Of a stretch of 46,884 nt of DNA, positions 17,178-25,233 are shown piece after piece. The number at the start of each line of letters is the position of its first letter. The stretch's first letter is position 1. The notes under the pieces were generated by a model. The model was not told the origin of the DNA and ran no database searches. It was given only the letters and a program-made list of their open reading frames with translations. Both the position numbers and the translations under genes were made by a program. The DNA comes from an uncultured Mogibacterium sp. (GTDB taxonomy: Bacteria > Bacillota > Clostridia > Peptostreptococcales > Anaerovoracaceae): contig CAYLSR010000001.1 in NCBI GenBank assembly GCA_964385855.1, forward strand, positions 1 through 46,884, written 5' to 3'.

Positions 17178-18093
17178 ACTCTTCTCCTCGCAGGAAGAGC
17201 GCGAGGACGCAAAGCTGAAGCGGATCTATGAGATTCCGCTTGAGGAGATCGATCCCTTCCCGGATCATCCGTACAAGGTGAAGGACGATGAGGACATGAT
17301 GAATCTCATCGAGTCCGTCCGGGCAAACGGGATCATTACACCTGCTGTGATCCGGAAAAAGGAAGACGGAAGATATGAGATGCTTTCCGGGCACCGGCGG
17401 CTGAGAGCCTGTGAGCTCGCGGGGATTCCGACGCTCCGGTGTGAGATCGTGGAGATGTCCCGTGACGAGGCGGTGATCTTCATGATCGACTCCAACTGTC
17501 AGAGGACGGAGATCCTGCCGAGTGAGAAGGCGTTTGCATACAAGATGAGGCTGGAAGCGATGAAGAGGCTGCCGGGGCGGCCGGCTCAAAAATGTGGACC
17601 AGTGGTCCACAATAATGATAATGAGAAGTCGAGGGATGAACTAGGAGAGTTGACTGGCGAAAGTGGTCGAACTATTTCACGATATATCCGCCTCACCGAA
17701 CTCATCCCGGCGCTTCTGGAGCGCGTCGACAACCGCGAGATCGCCCTCCGCCCCGCCGTCGAGCTCTCATATTTCCCGAAGGATGTCCAGACAACGATCA
17801 ACGAACAGATCGAAATCGAGCAGTGCACCCCGTCGCACGCGCAGGCAATCCGCATGCGCAGGATGCACGAGGAAGGCAAGCTGACCAATGAAGCCATCGC
17901 GGCGATCATGGGCGAGCTCAAGCCAAATCAGATTGACCGGATCGTGATCAAGACGTCCAAGCTGAACAGCCTGTTCCCGGAGGATCTGCCGGCAACCCTG
18001 CGGGAAGACTATGTTTATCAGGCGCTGAAGTTTTACCGTGAACATCAGCGCGAACGGTTCCGGCGGCGCTCCCGGGATGACGATGCGAGGTAG
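17131..18093 (+). CDS. parB: ParB-like protein (N-terminal ParB/Srx nuclease-like domain)
   Basis: Motif SGHRRLRA. GTG start with AGGAGG 9 nt upstream. Overlaps parA by 47 nt. Confidence 0.88.
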   Translation: MPKEPRQEIKLPSLDELFSSQEEREDAKLKRIYEIPLEEIDPFPDHPYKVKDDEDMMNLIESVRANGIITPAVIRKKEDGRYEMLSGHRRLRACELAGIPTLRCEIVEMSRDEAVIFMIDSNCQRTEILPSEKAFAYKMRLEAMKRLPGRPAQKCGPVVHNNDNEKSRDELGELTGESGRTISRYIRLTELIPALLERVDNREIALRPAVELSYFPKDVQTTINEQIEIEQCTPSHAQAIRMRRMHEEGKLTNEAIAAIMGELKPNQIDRIVIKTSKLNSLFPEDLPATLREDYVYQALKFYREHQRERFRRRSRDDDAR

Positions 18094-18262
18094 CCCGGTT
18101 ACAGTAGGAGTATCTGCAGAATTAATCTTACCAATTCGGGCAAACCCGCATCCGGAGGAGCATGTTTCCCCGATCCTCCCCTGTAACCCTACCTGAGTAC
18201 TGCCGGTAACTGTCCGAAGAGAGAATATATCAGAGATATCGTAATACTATGGCAAGTCGTTA

Positions 18263-18288
18263 ACGTCCGGATTCTTCCGGGCGTTTTT
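18263..18288 (+). terminator. Rho-independent terminator about 170 nt after parB
   Basis: Stem ACGTCCGGA / TCCGGGCGT with loop TTCT, followed by TTTTT. Confidence 0.6.
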
Positions 18289-18318
18289 GCTTGCCCGGAT
18301 TACGGGAAAGGAGCACAT

Positions 18319-18477
18319 ATGACCGATAAAACACCGGAGGAGATCCGCGGCTCTTTGGAAGAGCGCGGCATCTCGATATTTCTGTCAGAGAAAGCGGCTT
18401 CAAGGATCGCTTGGATCCTGACTGCAGGCGTTGCGGTTCTCACGCTGCCGTTTCTGGTTCTGGCATTCATGATCTGA
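18319..18477 (+). CDS. Small membrane protein (52 aa, C-terminal TM helix), not in the ORF track
   Basis: GGAAAGGAG RBS upstream. It lies directly upstream of the adhesin gene. Confidence 0.42.
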   Translation: MTDKTPEEIRGSLEERGISIFLSEKAASRIAWILTAGVAVLTLPFLVLAFMI

Positions 18478-18493
18478 AAGGAGAACAACGACA

Positions 18494-21400
18494 ATGATTA
18501 ACACGAATAAGCGCAGAAAACGCAGGTTTACGGCACTGCTTCTGGCATCGCTGATGATTCTTACCGGCGCGCTGCCGCTGACCGCCTTCGCGGTTGAGCC
18601 GGATGGCAGCGTCCCGATCAGCAGGGACGAGGAAGCGGTTCCGGAGGAGAATACGGATGAGATTCCGGCAGTTGTTCCGGACGAACCGGAAGAAGCTGAA
18701 CCTGAAGAAGCTGTCAAGGATACGGCTGACGAAGCCGGGGCAGAAGCAGAGCCGCAGGAAGAGACATCGGAAGAGACGCCGGGAGAACCAGCTGAGACTG
18801 AGGAATCCGAAGCGTCCGAACCCGAACTCCCGGAAACCACAGAAGACGCGGAAACCGAAGAGGAAAGCACCGAGATCCTTCCGGAGGCTCTTCCAGAGGA
18901 CCTTCCGAAAGAACCACAAGAGGAAGCTCCCGTCCTTGAGCCAAGCCCGTTCAGCGCCTCTCAGGCCGACGAGCTCTCCTACAGCCTCCTGTACTTCATG
19001 AAGCACGGGGATCCGTCGCTTGTGGATATGACCGCGATCCGCCTCGAATCCGTGATCACTCCGGTCACCATCGCCCGCGGGGTTGCGACCTACAACGCTG
19101 CGAGACAGAGTGATTTCGATGTAACCGAGCGGAACTTCATCGCCTCCATGGCCTATGAGATCCCGGTCTACGACATCGACCCGGAGAGCAGCTACTACGT
19201 CGCCATGCCGGACGTCAACCTGTACAGCAGGGACTTCGGCAGCTACGATATCATGCTCACCTACAACAACAATAACGGAGAGGCAATCTCCGGATACGCT
19301 TACCGGGACAGCATCCTGTATATCCCAAAGTCCGCCGTCGATGACCCGGACAACGAGAACGGCTTCATCACCGGATCACCAATCGCGGTTCAGATGAACT
19401 ATTACTTCAGGGGCGGCGTGGACAGTGACCGGGAAGGAAACGCTGATTTCAGCAAGAGGATCCCGGTGCAGATCCTCTCTGGCAAAACCCCGGAGAACAG
19501 GTCCGTCACGGTGGAAAACATGTTCGACGGCAATGTCACGATCCCGATCGGGAAGTACAGCGAGAAGAACATTCAGGTCATGCTCAACGGCATGATGCTT
19601 CCGATCGGTACGGACGCTTACGACGTGAAGAACGGAAACCTCGTGATCTACTCCTCCGCCGCGGTGATCTCGAGCGTCAACGTAGTGACGGATTCCAGGG
19701 CGAAGACCATCGCGACGAGGATGCTCGGGAACCTGATCCCGGAGGTTTACGCGGACACAACCGTTACGCCGGATCAGATGGCATATTTCCGGGACGAAAA
19801 CGGGAATTATGTGACTCTCAATATCGACCTTGACCAGCTCTTTGTCGGCTGGCGCGGCGTCTACACCGGCGCGAAGATCCAGTATTCCGGCAAATCCACG
19901 CTGGGCAACACCGGTGATGACGGCTACAACGAAAGCCGAATCAAGAAGCTGATGGCCCTCAAGGGCTGGATGAACTCGGTCAAATACCTCTACGGTCCGT
20001 ATGTCGTCGGCAACTCCCAGGGCGGCTATGAGCCGCAGGACCTCGTCGGCATCTGGGCGATCAACTCGTACACCCTCGGCAAGAACAAGGCTTTTGAGAC
20101 CAGCGATACCCTGACCGCGGACATGCTCGTCACCAACGACGTCGAAGGTGACGGCGGCGAATCCGTGAAGAAGACCATCTACGACTGGATGCGCCAGTAC
20201 GCCGCAAAGCTAGAGAAGAACAACGGGCAAGTCGGCAACACCCAGAGTGCCGGACAGGGCGGCAACGTCAACTCAAACGGCATCGGCGGTTTCACCAACT
20301 TTGCCTTCCAGTTCCCGAAGACTGTGCAGGGCTCCCAGACCAATCTGGTTTCCTCCGGAAATCCTGGCGCGGGCAAACCGAATCTGGCGATCAGCTTCGC
20401 TTCCGAAGAGATCGATGAGAGCTACTACCTCGCGGCTTCCTGCTCGCACCTTGACGACGCGGTCGCTTCCGACGGTGACGGGGCAGCGACGGTCTATGTC
20501 GCTTGCCTTGCGATCGGGGAGGACTACGCGGTCTTCTCTTTTGTCGGCGCGGATGCCTACAGTCAGGATGGCGCGGCAATCTACAAGTTCAAGACCGGAT
20601 CGCCGATGAAGCTGCAGAAGACATCTTCCAACACCGGCATCAGCAAGGACAATCAGTGCTACGCGGATCTTTCCGGCGCGGTTTACGGCCTCTATGCTTC
20701 CGAGGCGGATGCCCGGGCGGACAATGAACGCATCCGGACCTTTACGACGACAGCAAATGGCGAAACAAACGAGGAATCCGTGGCTTCCGGCACGTATTAC
20801 GTGAAGGAGCTCACCGCACCGAAGAACTATGCCCTGAACGAGGCGATCATCCGGATCAGTGTCAAGGGGCAGAGCGAGATCCAGACCTTCACGGTCACCG
20901 ATGCTCCGCAGAACGCTTTTATTGAAATCCTTCTACGGAAAACCGACCGGGAGACCGGTGCGCAGGTACCGCTGGGATCTGCTTCTTTCGAAGGCGCCGA
21001 GTTTACCGTGAAATACTATGACAGCGACGGTACAAGGAAAGGCGCTTCCGGAGAACCGCTGAGGACATGGGTCTTCCGCACCGACGCGAAGGGCGAAGTG
21101 AGCCTGCAGGATCCGGCAAGCTTTGTCTCCGGGGATGAGCTTTACACCGGAAGTGACGGCAGATACGTCCTCCCGGTCGGAACCTATATGATCACAGAAA
21201 CGAAGGCGCCGGAAGGCTATCTCCTCTCGGATGAGGAGATGGTTGTTGCAGTAACTCCGGATGGCACTGCTGAAACCATTGGCACCTATGCCGCGCCGGA
21301 ATTCCCGGAGCAGGTGAAGCGCGGGGATCTGAGTTTTATCAAAGTCCTTTCCGACCCGGGTAATGAACAGGACATGACGGCGCTTGCAAACATCCCGTTT

Positions 21401-22675
21401 GAGATCATTTCGAACACCACCGGGGAACGGCATATCATCATCACCGATGAAAACGGGCAGTTCGATTCTTCTGCGGACTGGTTTCCGCACAGCGAGGACA
21501 CCAACGCGAATGACGCTGCTTTAGACGAGGACGGCACCGTCGACGACAGCAGGCTGAATCCGGAAGCCGGCGTCTGGTTTGGTACGGATCGTGAAGGTAA
21601 TTCGGCTGATCCGGACGATGACCTCGGCGCGCTCCCGTACGACACCTATACGCTGAATGAGCTCCCTTGCAAAGCGAATGAAGGGATGATGCTGATCAAG
21701 GGCCGTACGTTCTCAATCCGGGTAAACAACCGGGCGATCAGCCTCGGAACGATCGACGACAAGGCGGACCGGAAGCTCTGCACAGAGGCACAGGACGAAC
21801 TGACCGGGGAACATATCGGATCCAGCCAGTCCGAAAGGATCATCGACACCGTCACATATGTCGGGCTGATCGAAGGAGAGCAGTACACCCTGAAGGGCGT
21901 GCTGATGGATCGCAAGACCGGAGAGCCCGTGACGGCCGGCGCTCAGGAGATCACCGCGGAGCTGGGATTCACCGCGGAAGCTTCCGCCGGCGAGATCCAG
22001 ATAGAGTTTGTGTTCGAAAAGGATTCCCTGAAGGGCAGGGCTGTCGTCGTCTTTGAGACGCTGGAGCATAACGGCGTAACCATTCTCGCTCACGAAGACC
22101 TGAATGACGAGGGGCAGACTGTCACCTACCCGGAAATCGGGACAACGGCCACGGACAAGAGCACCGGAACCCATGAAGGCGGACTGCAGAGCACCGTCAC
22201 CATTCAGGATAAGGTTTCCTACCGGAATCTCGTTCCGGGCAGGGAGTATACCATGACCGGGATCCTGATGGACAAGGAGCAGGCGGATGTCCTGCGGGAT
22301 GAGCAGGACGAGTCCTTCACCGTTACGCAGGCGTTCACACCGGAGAAGGCGGACGGAACAGTCACGATCACCTTCGAGGTGCCGGGTTCTGTTGTAGCAG
22401 GAAAGAAGATCGTCTGTTTCGAGTACTGCGAGCAGGATGACCTCGAGATCGCCGTCCACGCAGAGTTGAACGACGAGGAACAGATGGTTTCTTATCCGGA
22501 AGGTGAGATTCCGAAGAGCATCGTCCCAAAACGGTTTATCCCGGATACCGGAGACCATGAAAACCTGCTTCTCTTCAGCATGCTTCTGTTCGCGTCCGCG
22601 GCTGCGCTTCTCGTGTTCCGCAGACGCAGGAGCGACCTGCAGAAGGATATTGACGAAGCATCAAAGGATATGTAA
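18494..22675 (+). CDS. Large cell-wall-anchored surface adhesin with a signal peptide, acidic Glu/Pro-rich spacer, SpaA/Cna-B-type domains, two VaFE-type repeats and an LPXTG-like sorting signal IPDTG
   Basis: N-terminal signal peptide (KRRKRRFTALLLASLMILTGALPLTAFA). Repeated G(T)Y...E(L/T).AP.(N/G)Y motifs. VVVFE and IVCFE repeats. The C-terminus has IPDTG, a hydrophobic helix and RRRRS. Confidence 0.9.
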   Translation: MINTNKRRKRRFTALLLASLMILTGALPLTAFAVEPDGSVPISRDEEAVPEENTDEIPAVVPDEPEEAEPEEAVKDTADEAGAEAEPQEETSEETPGEPAETEESEASEPELPETTEDAETEEESTEILPEALPEDLPKEPQEEAPVLEPSPFSASQADELSYSLLYFMKHGDPSLVDMTAIRLESVITPVTIARGVATYNAARQSDFDVTERNFIASMAYEIPVYDIDPESSYYVAMPDVNLYSRDFGSYDIMLTYNNNNGEAISGYAYRDSILYIPKSAVDDPDNENGFITGSPIAVQMNYYFRGGVDSDREGNADFSKRIPVQILSGKTPENRSVTVENMFDGNVTIPIGKYSEKNIQVMLNGMMLPIGTDAYDVKNGNLVIYSSAAVISSVNVVTDSRAKTIATRMLGNLIPEVYADTTVTPDQMAYFRDENGNYVTLNIDLDQLFVGWRGVYTGAKIQYSGKSTLGNTGDDGYNESRIKKLMALKGWMNSVKYLYGPYVVGNSQGGYEPQDLVGIWAINSYTLGKNKAFETSDTLTADMLVTNDVEGDGGESVKKTIYDWMRQYAAKLEKNNGQVGNTQSAGQGGNVNSNGIGGFTNFAFQFPKTVQGSQTNLVSSGNPGAGKPNLAISFASEEIDESYYLAASCSHLDDAVASDGDGAATVYVACLAIGEDYAVFSFVGADAYSQDGAAIYKFKTGSPMKLQKTSSNTGISKDNQCYADLSGAVYGLYASEADARADNERIRTFTTTANGETNEESVASGTYYVKELTAPKNYALNEAIIRISVKGQSEIQTFTVTDAPQNAFIEILLRKTDRETGAQVPLGSASFEGAEFTVKYYDSDGTRKGASGEPLRTWVFRTDAKGEVSLQDPASFVSGDELYTGSDGRYVLPVGTYMITETKAPEGYLLSDEEMVVAVTPDGTAETIGTYAAPEFPEQVKRGDLSFIKVLSDPGNEQDMTALANIPFEIISNTTGERHIIITDENGQFDSSADWFPHSEDTNANDAALDEDGTVDDSRLNPEAGVWFGTDREGNSADPDDDLGALPYDTYTLNELPCKANEGMMLIKGRTFSIRVNNRAISLGTIDDKADRKLCTEAQDELTGEHIGSSQSERIIDTVTYVGLIEGEQYTLKGVLMDRKTGEPVTAGAQEITAELGFTAEASAGEIQIEFVFEKDSLKGRAVVVFETLEHNGVTILAHEDLNDEGQTVTYPEIGTTATDKSTGTHEGGLQSTVTIQDKVSYRNLVPGREYTMTGILMDKEQADVLRDEQDESFTVTQAFTPEKADGTVTITFEVPGSVVAGKKIVCFEYCEQDDLEIAVHAELNDEEQMVSYPEGEIPKSIVPKRFIPDTGDHENLLLFSMLLFASAAALLVFRRRRSDLQKDIDEASKDM
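21776..22501 (+). repeat. Two tandem ~120-aa VaFE-type domain repeats inside the adhesin
   Basis: Units 21776-22135 and 22136-22501 both end in ...(F/C)FE...HE(D/A)LNDE(G/E)Q.V.YPE. Confidence 0.6.
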
Positions 22676-22680
22676 CAGCC

Positions 22681-22711
22681 GGGAGGCGCCGCGCGGCGCC
22701 TCCCTCATTTT
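22681..22711 (+). terminator. Rho-independent terminator after the adhesin gene
   Basis: Stem GGGAGGCGCC / GGCGCCTCCC followed by TCATTTT. Confidence 0.75.
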
Positions 22712-22727
22712 ACAGGAGGAAAGGAAC

Positions 22728-23051
22728 ATGAAGATCAGTTTTAACACGGAGCTCGCCCGTAAATGTGGGATCAATGCCGCAATCGTGGCGGATTATCTGT
22801 GGCATCTGATTGAAACAGATGACATCGTGGAATGCCGGGAGGACGGCATCTGGGTCCGTTGCCCGATGTGGCAGATCCGCTGTCACAGGCCGGTACTGAC
22901 GCGGCACCAGATCGAGCGGGCGCTCCGGATTCTGCGGGAGCACAATGTAATCCGAAGCGATCAGCCGGAGAAAAAGAAGTTCGATCATGCGAATTGGTAC
23001 CGGTTTACCGCCTCCGGGATCGAGTTGATGGAACCGGGGTGGGGCGCATGA
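22728..23051 (+). CDS. Hypothetical protein (107 aa), possibly a winged-helix DNA-binding protein
   Basis: AGGAGGAAAGG RBS upstream of ATG 22728. Confidence 0.55.
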   Translation: MKISFNTELARKCGINAAIVADYLWHLIETDDIVECREDGIWVRCPMWQIRCHRPVLTRHQIERALRILREHNVIRSDQPEKKKFDHANWYRFTASGIELMEPGWGA

Positions 23052-23254
23052 CGAAAGTGTATCGATGGACAAGAATCTGTCCGGAAGACTGCAGGTACCG
23101 GAACAGGCAGGCCGCGTTCTGCGGCTATTGTATGCTGGAAGTATTGAAAGACAGAAAGGAGAACGAAGATGGCAGTGAACAGAACGAAGCTGAAGACCCT
23201 GAACCGCCTGTGCGAGAAGGGGTTCGACACAGCGAAGAAGGTCAGCACGATTGA
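23048..23254 (+). CDS. Small Cys-rich protein candidate (68 aa; CPEDC...CGYC)
   Basis: ATGA overlap with the previous stop. Has a four-Cys zinc-ribbon-like pattern. Its 3' part overlaps the next ORF, so the true end is uncertain. Confidence 0.3.
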   Translation: MTKVYRWTRICPEDCRYRNRQAAFCGYCMLEVLKDRKENEDGSEQNEAEDPEPPVREGVRHSEEGQHD

Positions 23255-23450
23255 CATGAGGACCGCCTACCAGAATGAGCTGGGCGACGAGCTCGGCGGC
23301 ATCCTGGCTCTGCAGGACGCGATCCGGGAGCGCAGGGAGCTGGCGTGGCTGTGTGATGGGGAGGATCCGGGGAAGGAGGAAAAACAGGTTGGAAACAGGA
23401 GAAGGGACACCGATGAAGCGACAGGAATCGACTGTGATCAGCAGCGGTGA
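23169..23450 (+). CDS. Hypothetical ICE protein (93 aa)
   Basis: AAAGGAG RBS upstream. The N-terminus (MAVNRTKLKTLNRLCEKGFDT.KK) resembles small conserved proteins I associate with Clostridia ICEs. This is recollection, not a search result. Confidence 0.45.
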   Translation: MAVNRTKLKTLNRLCEKGFDTAKKVSTIDMRTAYQNELGDELGGILALQDAIRERRELAWLCDGEDPGKEEKQVGNRRRDTDEATGIDCDQQR

Positions 23451-23553
23451 GATTCTTCGGAATCTCATCCGGCAGATTCCGGAAGGCACGGTCTACTCCC
23501 TCGAGATGGAGGTGATACTGGTCAATGAAAGGGATCAGCACGGAGCTGAATGA
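23413..23553 (+). CDS. Small hypothetical ORF (46 aa)
   Basis: ATG 23413 is preceded by a weak RBS. The ORF overlaps both neighbours. Confidence 0.25.
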   Translation: MKRQESTVISSGEILRNLIRQIPEGTVYSLEMEVILVNERDQHGAE

Positions 23554-24031
23554 AATCCAAGTTGTAAACATCCGGATGGTACGGGAGCCTTCCCTGTACA
23601 GCGAAGCGCCAATCCGAACACCGCAGGATGTGCTGAAGGCCGTAGCGAACGAGCTTGCTTCTTACGACCGCGAGGTCTTCGCGGTGCTGAACCTCAAGAC
23701 AAACGGTCAGATCATCAATATGAATATCTGCAGTATGGGTACGCTGAACGCCTCTCTGGTCAGTCCGCGTGAAGTGCTGAAATCGAGCATTCTGTCGAAC
23801 GCGGCATCATTCATTTGTGTTCACAACCATCCGAGCGGTGAGCTAAGGCCTAGCGAGGAGGATTTTGATATTACAGACAGACTGACCGAAGCAGGAGAAC
23901 TTCTGGATATTCGCTGTCGAGATCATATCATCGTTGCCGGCGGGACAGGTGAGATATTCAGCTTCCGGGAGAATGGGATGATGAATGAGATACTGCGAGG
24001 CAGCAGGGATTATTTGCGGGAGCGGGAATGA
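23525..24031 (+). CDS. radC: RadC-like JAB/MPN-domain protein
   Basis: JAMM-type motif HNHPSGELRPSEED and overall RadC-like sequence. Confidence 0.85.
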   Translation: MKGISTELNEIQVVNIRMVREPSLYSEAPIRTPQDVLKAVANELASYDREVFAVLNLKTNGQIINMNICSMGTLNASLVSPREVLKSSILSNAASFICVHNHPSGELRPSEEDFDITDRLTEAGELLDIRCRDHIIVAGGTGEIFSFRENGMMNEILRGSRDYLRERE

Positions 24032-24224
24032 TTCCCGATTCCAGAAGAAGCCCTTCTATGATATATTTGTAGAGGGGTTAGTACATCTCCGCACAGAAGT
24101 GGTCTGCTTCGATGCAGACGGTAAAGTCGTTGACGAAGCTCACGCGGTGAACTTCATCAAGATCGGTTATGATGAATCAGGTAAAGTCATTTCGGAGTCG
24201 TTTGGGGTTATATCTCCGAAATAG
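23985..24224 (+). CDS. Hypothetical ORF (79 aa) overlapping the radC 3' end
   Basis: Open frame only, with no clear RBS. Confidence 0.25.
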   Translation: MRYCEAAGIICGSGNDSRFQKKPFYDIFVEGLVHLRTEVVCFDADGKVVDEAHAVNFIKIGYDESGKVISESFGVISPK

Positions 24225-24364
24225 AGAAAACGAGCCGGAGGATGATACCGCCGCGGACACACCATGCGATTTTCTAATATGCACAACTAAGCAAGATAGA
24301 TCGGAGCTCTTCACTACCAGTTACGGCGGTGGGAGCTCTTATTATGCTTCGTAATCAATTTGGT

Positions 24365-24398
24365 AAATCGGCAGTAAAATAAAAATACTGCCGAAATA
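24365..24398. promoter_or_regulatory. Palindromic operator-like repeat, copy 1 (CGGCAGTA-N9-TACTGCCG core)
   Basis: AAATCGGCAGTAAAATAAAAATACTGCCGAAATA. A near-identical second copy lies 77 bp downstream. Confidence 0.6.
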
Positions 24399-24402
24399 TC
24401 CG

Positions 24403-24431
24403 TTGCTTTTTGCTTCCGCAAACAGTACAAT
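24403..24431 (+). promoter_or_regulatory. Candidate sigma-70-type promoter for the abiE operon
   Basis: TTGCTT (24403-24408), a 17-nt spacer, then TACAAT (24426-24431). It lies between the two palindromic repeats. Confidence 0.45.
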
Positions 24432-24441
24432 ATAATTGGGC

Positions 24442-24474
24442 GAATCGGCAGTAAATAAAAATACTGCCGAAATA
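24442..24474. promoter_or_regulatory. Palindromic operator-like repeat, copy 2
   Basis: GAATCGGCAGTAAATAAAAATACTGCCGAAATA. It sits between the putative -10 element and the abiEi RBS. Confidence 0.6.
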
Positions 24475-24492
24475 CCGGAAAGGAGGAGCAGC

Positions 24493-25233
24493 ATGGTAGA
24501 TACAAAAGTAATTCTGAACAAGATATGTGATCGAAGCCCGTTTGATCGGTCTGACCTTCAGATAATAATGGAAGAATGCGGCTATCGTACATCAGATAGC
24601 CTGGTGAATCATATGATTTCAAGAATGCTGGCTGCTGGTGAGATTGCACGGATCGGGCGCAACAAATATAGTGTGTCAGGTTCCCGGAAGACGTATCGTT
24701 TTCCGCATTCCGATTTTGCGACATTAGTGGCAGATGAAATTACAGACGCTCATCCGTATCTGGATTTCCGCATTTTTGAGTTGGTACAGCTGAATGAGTT
24801 TGTCAACCATCAGATAGCTCATAACATAGTATTCGTGTCTGTGGAGGGAGAACTGGAAGAGGATGTGTTTAATACACTATGGGAAAAGCATCAGGGATCC
24901 ATTTTGCTTAAGCCGGACGTGAATGAACTATACCGGTATATGACGGAAAATATGGTGGTTATAATAAAACTTCCTACGGAAAGCCCAAAAGGAACGACGG
25001 CTTTCTGGGATACCAGACTAGAAAAAATGCTTGTTGATATTGCGGTTGACAAGTTGCTGGGGAAGATTGTTTATTCCGGGGAATATCCTGCAATCTATCA
25101 GACTGCATTTCTCAGATACGCTATAGACATGAACACAATGTTCAGATATGCAAGGCGGCGCGGCGCTTTTGAGAAATACAGTAGATTCCTTTCCAATGAG
25201 GCTGGCTTGAAGCAGGAGGATTTAGGAATATGA
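24493..25233 (+). CDS. abiEi: AbiEi-like antitoxin / transcriptional regulator (type IV TA, abortive infection)
   Basis: AGGAGGAG RBS upstream. The N-terminus looks like a winged helix. The stop overlaps the start of an AbiEii-family gene (ATGA). Confidence 0.68.
   Translation: MVDTKVILNKICDRSPFDRSDLQIIMEECGYRTSDSLVNHMISRMLAAGEIARIGRNKYSVSGSRKTYRFPHSDFATLVADEITDAHPYLDFRIFELVQLNEFVNHQIAHNIVFVSVEGELEEDVFNTLWEKHQGSILLKPDVNELYRYMTENMVVIIKLPTESPKGTTAFWDTRLEKMLVDIAVDKLLGKIVYSGEYPAIYQTAFLRYAIDMNTMFRYARRRGAFEKYSRFLSNEAGLKQEDLGI

Noticed and set aside
21713-22558. 281-aa ORF on the minus strand, and other internal ORFs within 18400-22700
   Set aside because: All lie inside the 1393-aa adhesin gene. 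Alternative frames stay open because of the low-complexity and GC-rich coding sequence (for example 18400-19006 minus and 18594-19001 plus in the Glu/Pro-rich spacer).
24365-24474. Possible mini-CRISPR array
   Set aside because: There are only two copies. Each is itself palindromic and AT-rich, and together they flank a promoter. No cas genes are present. The repeats are better explained as operator sites.
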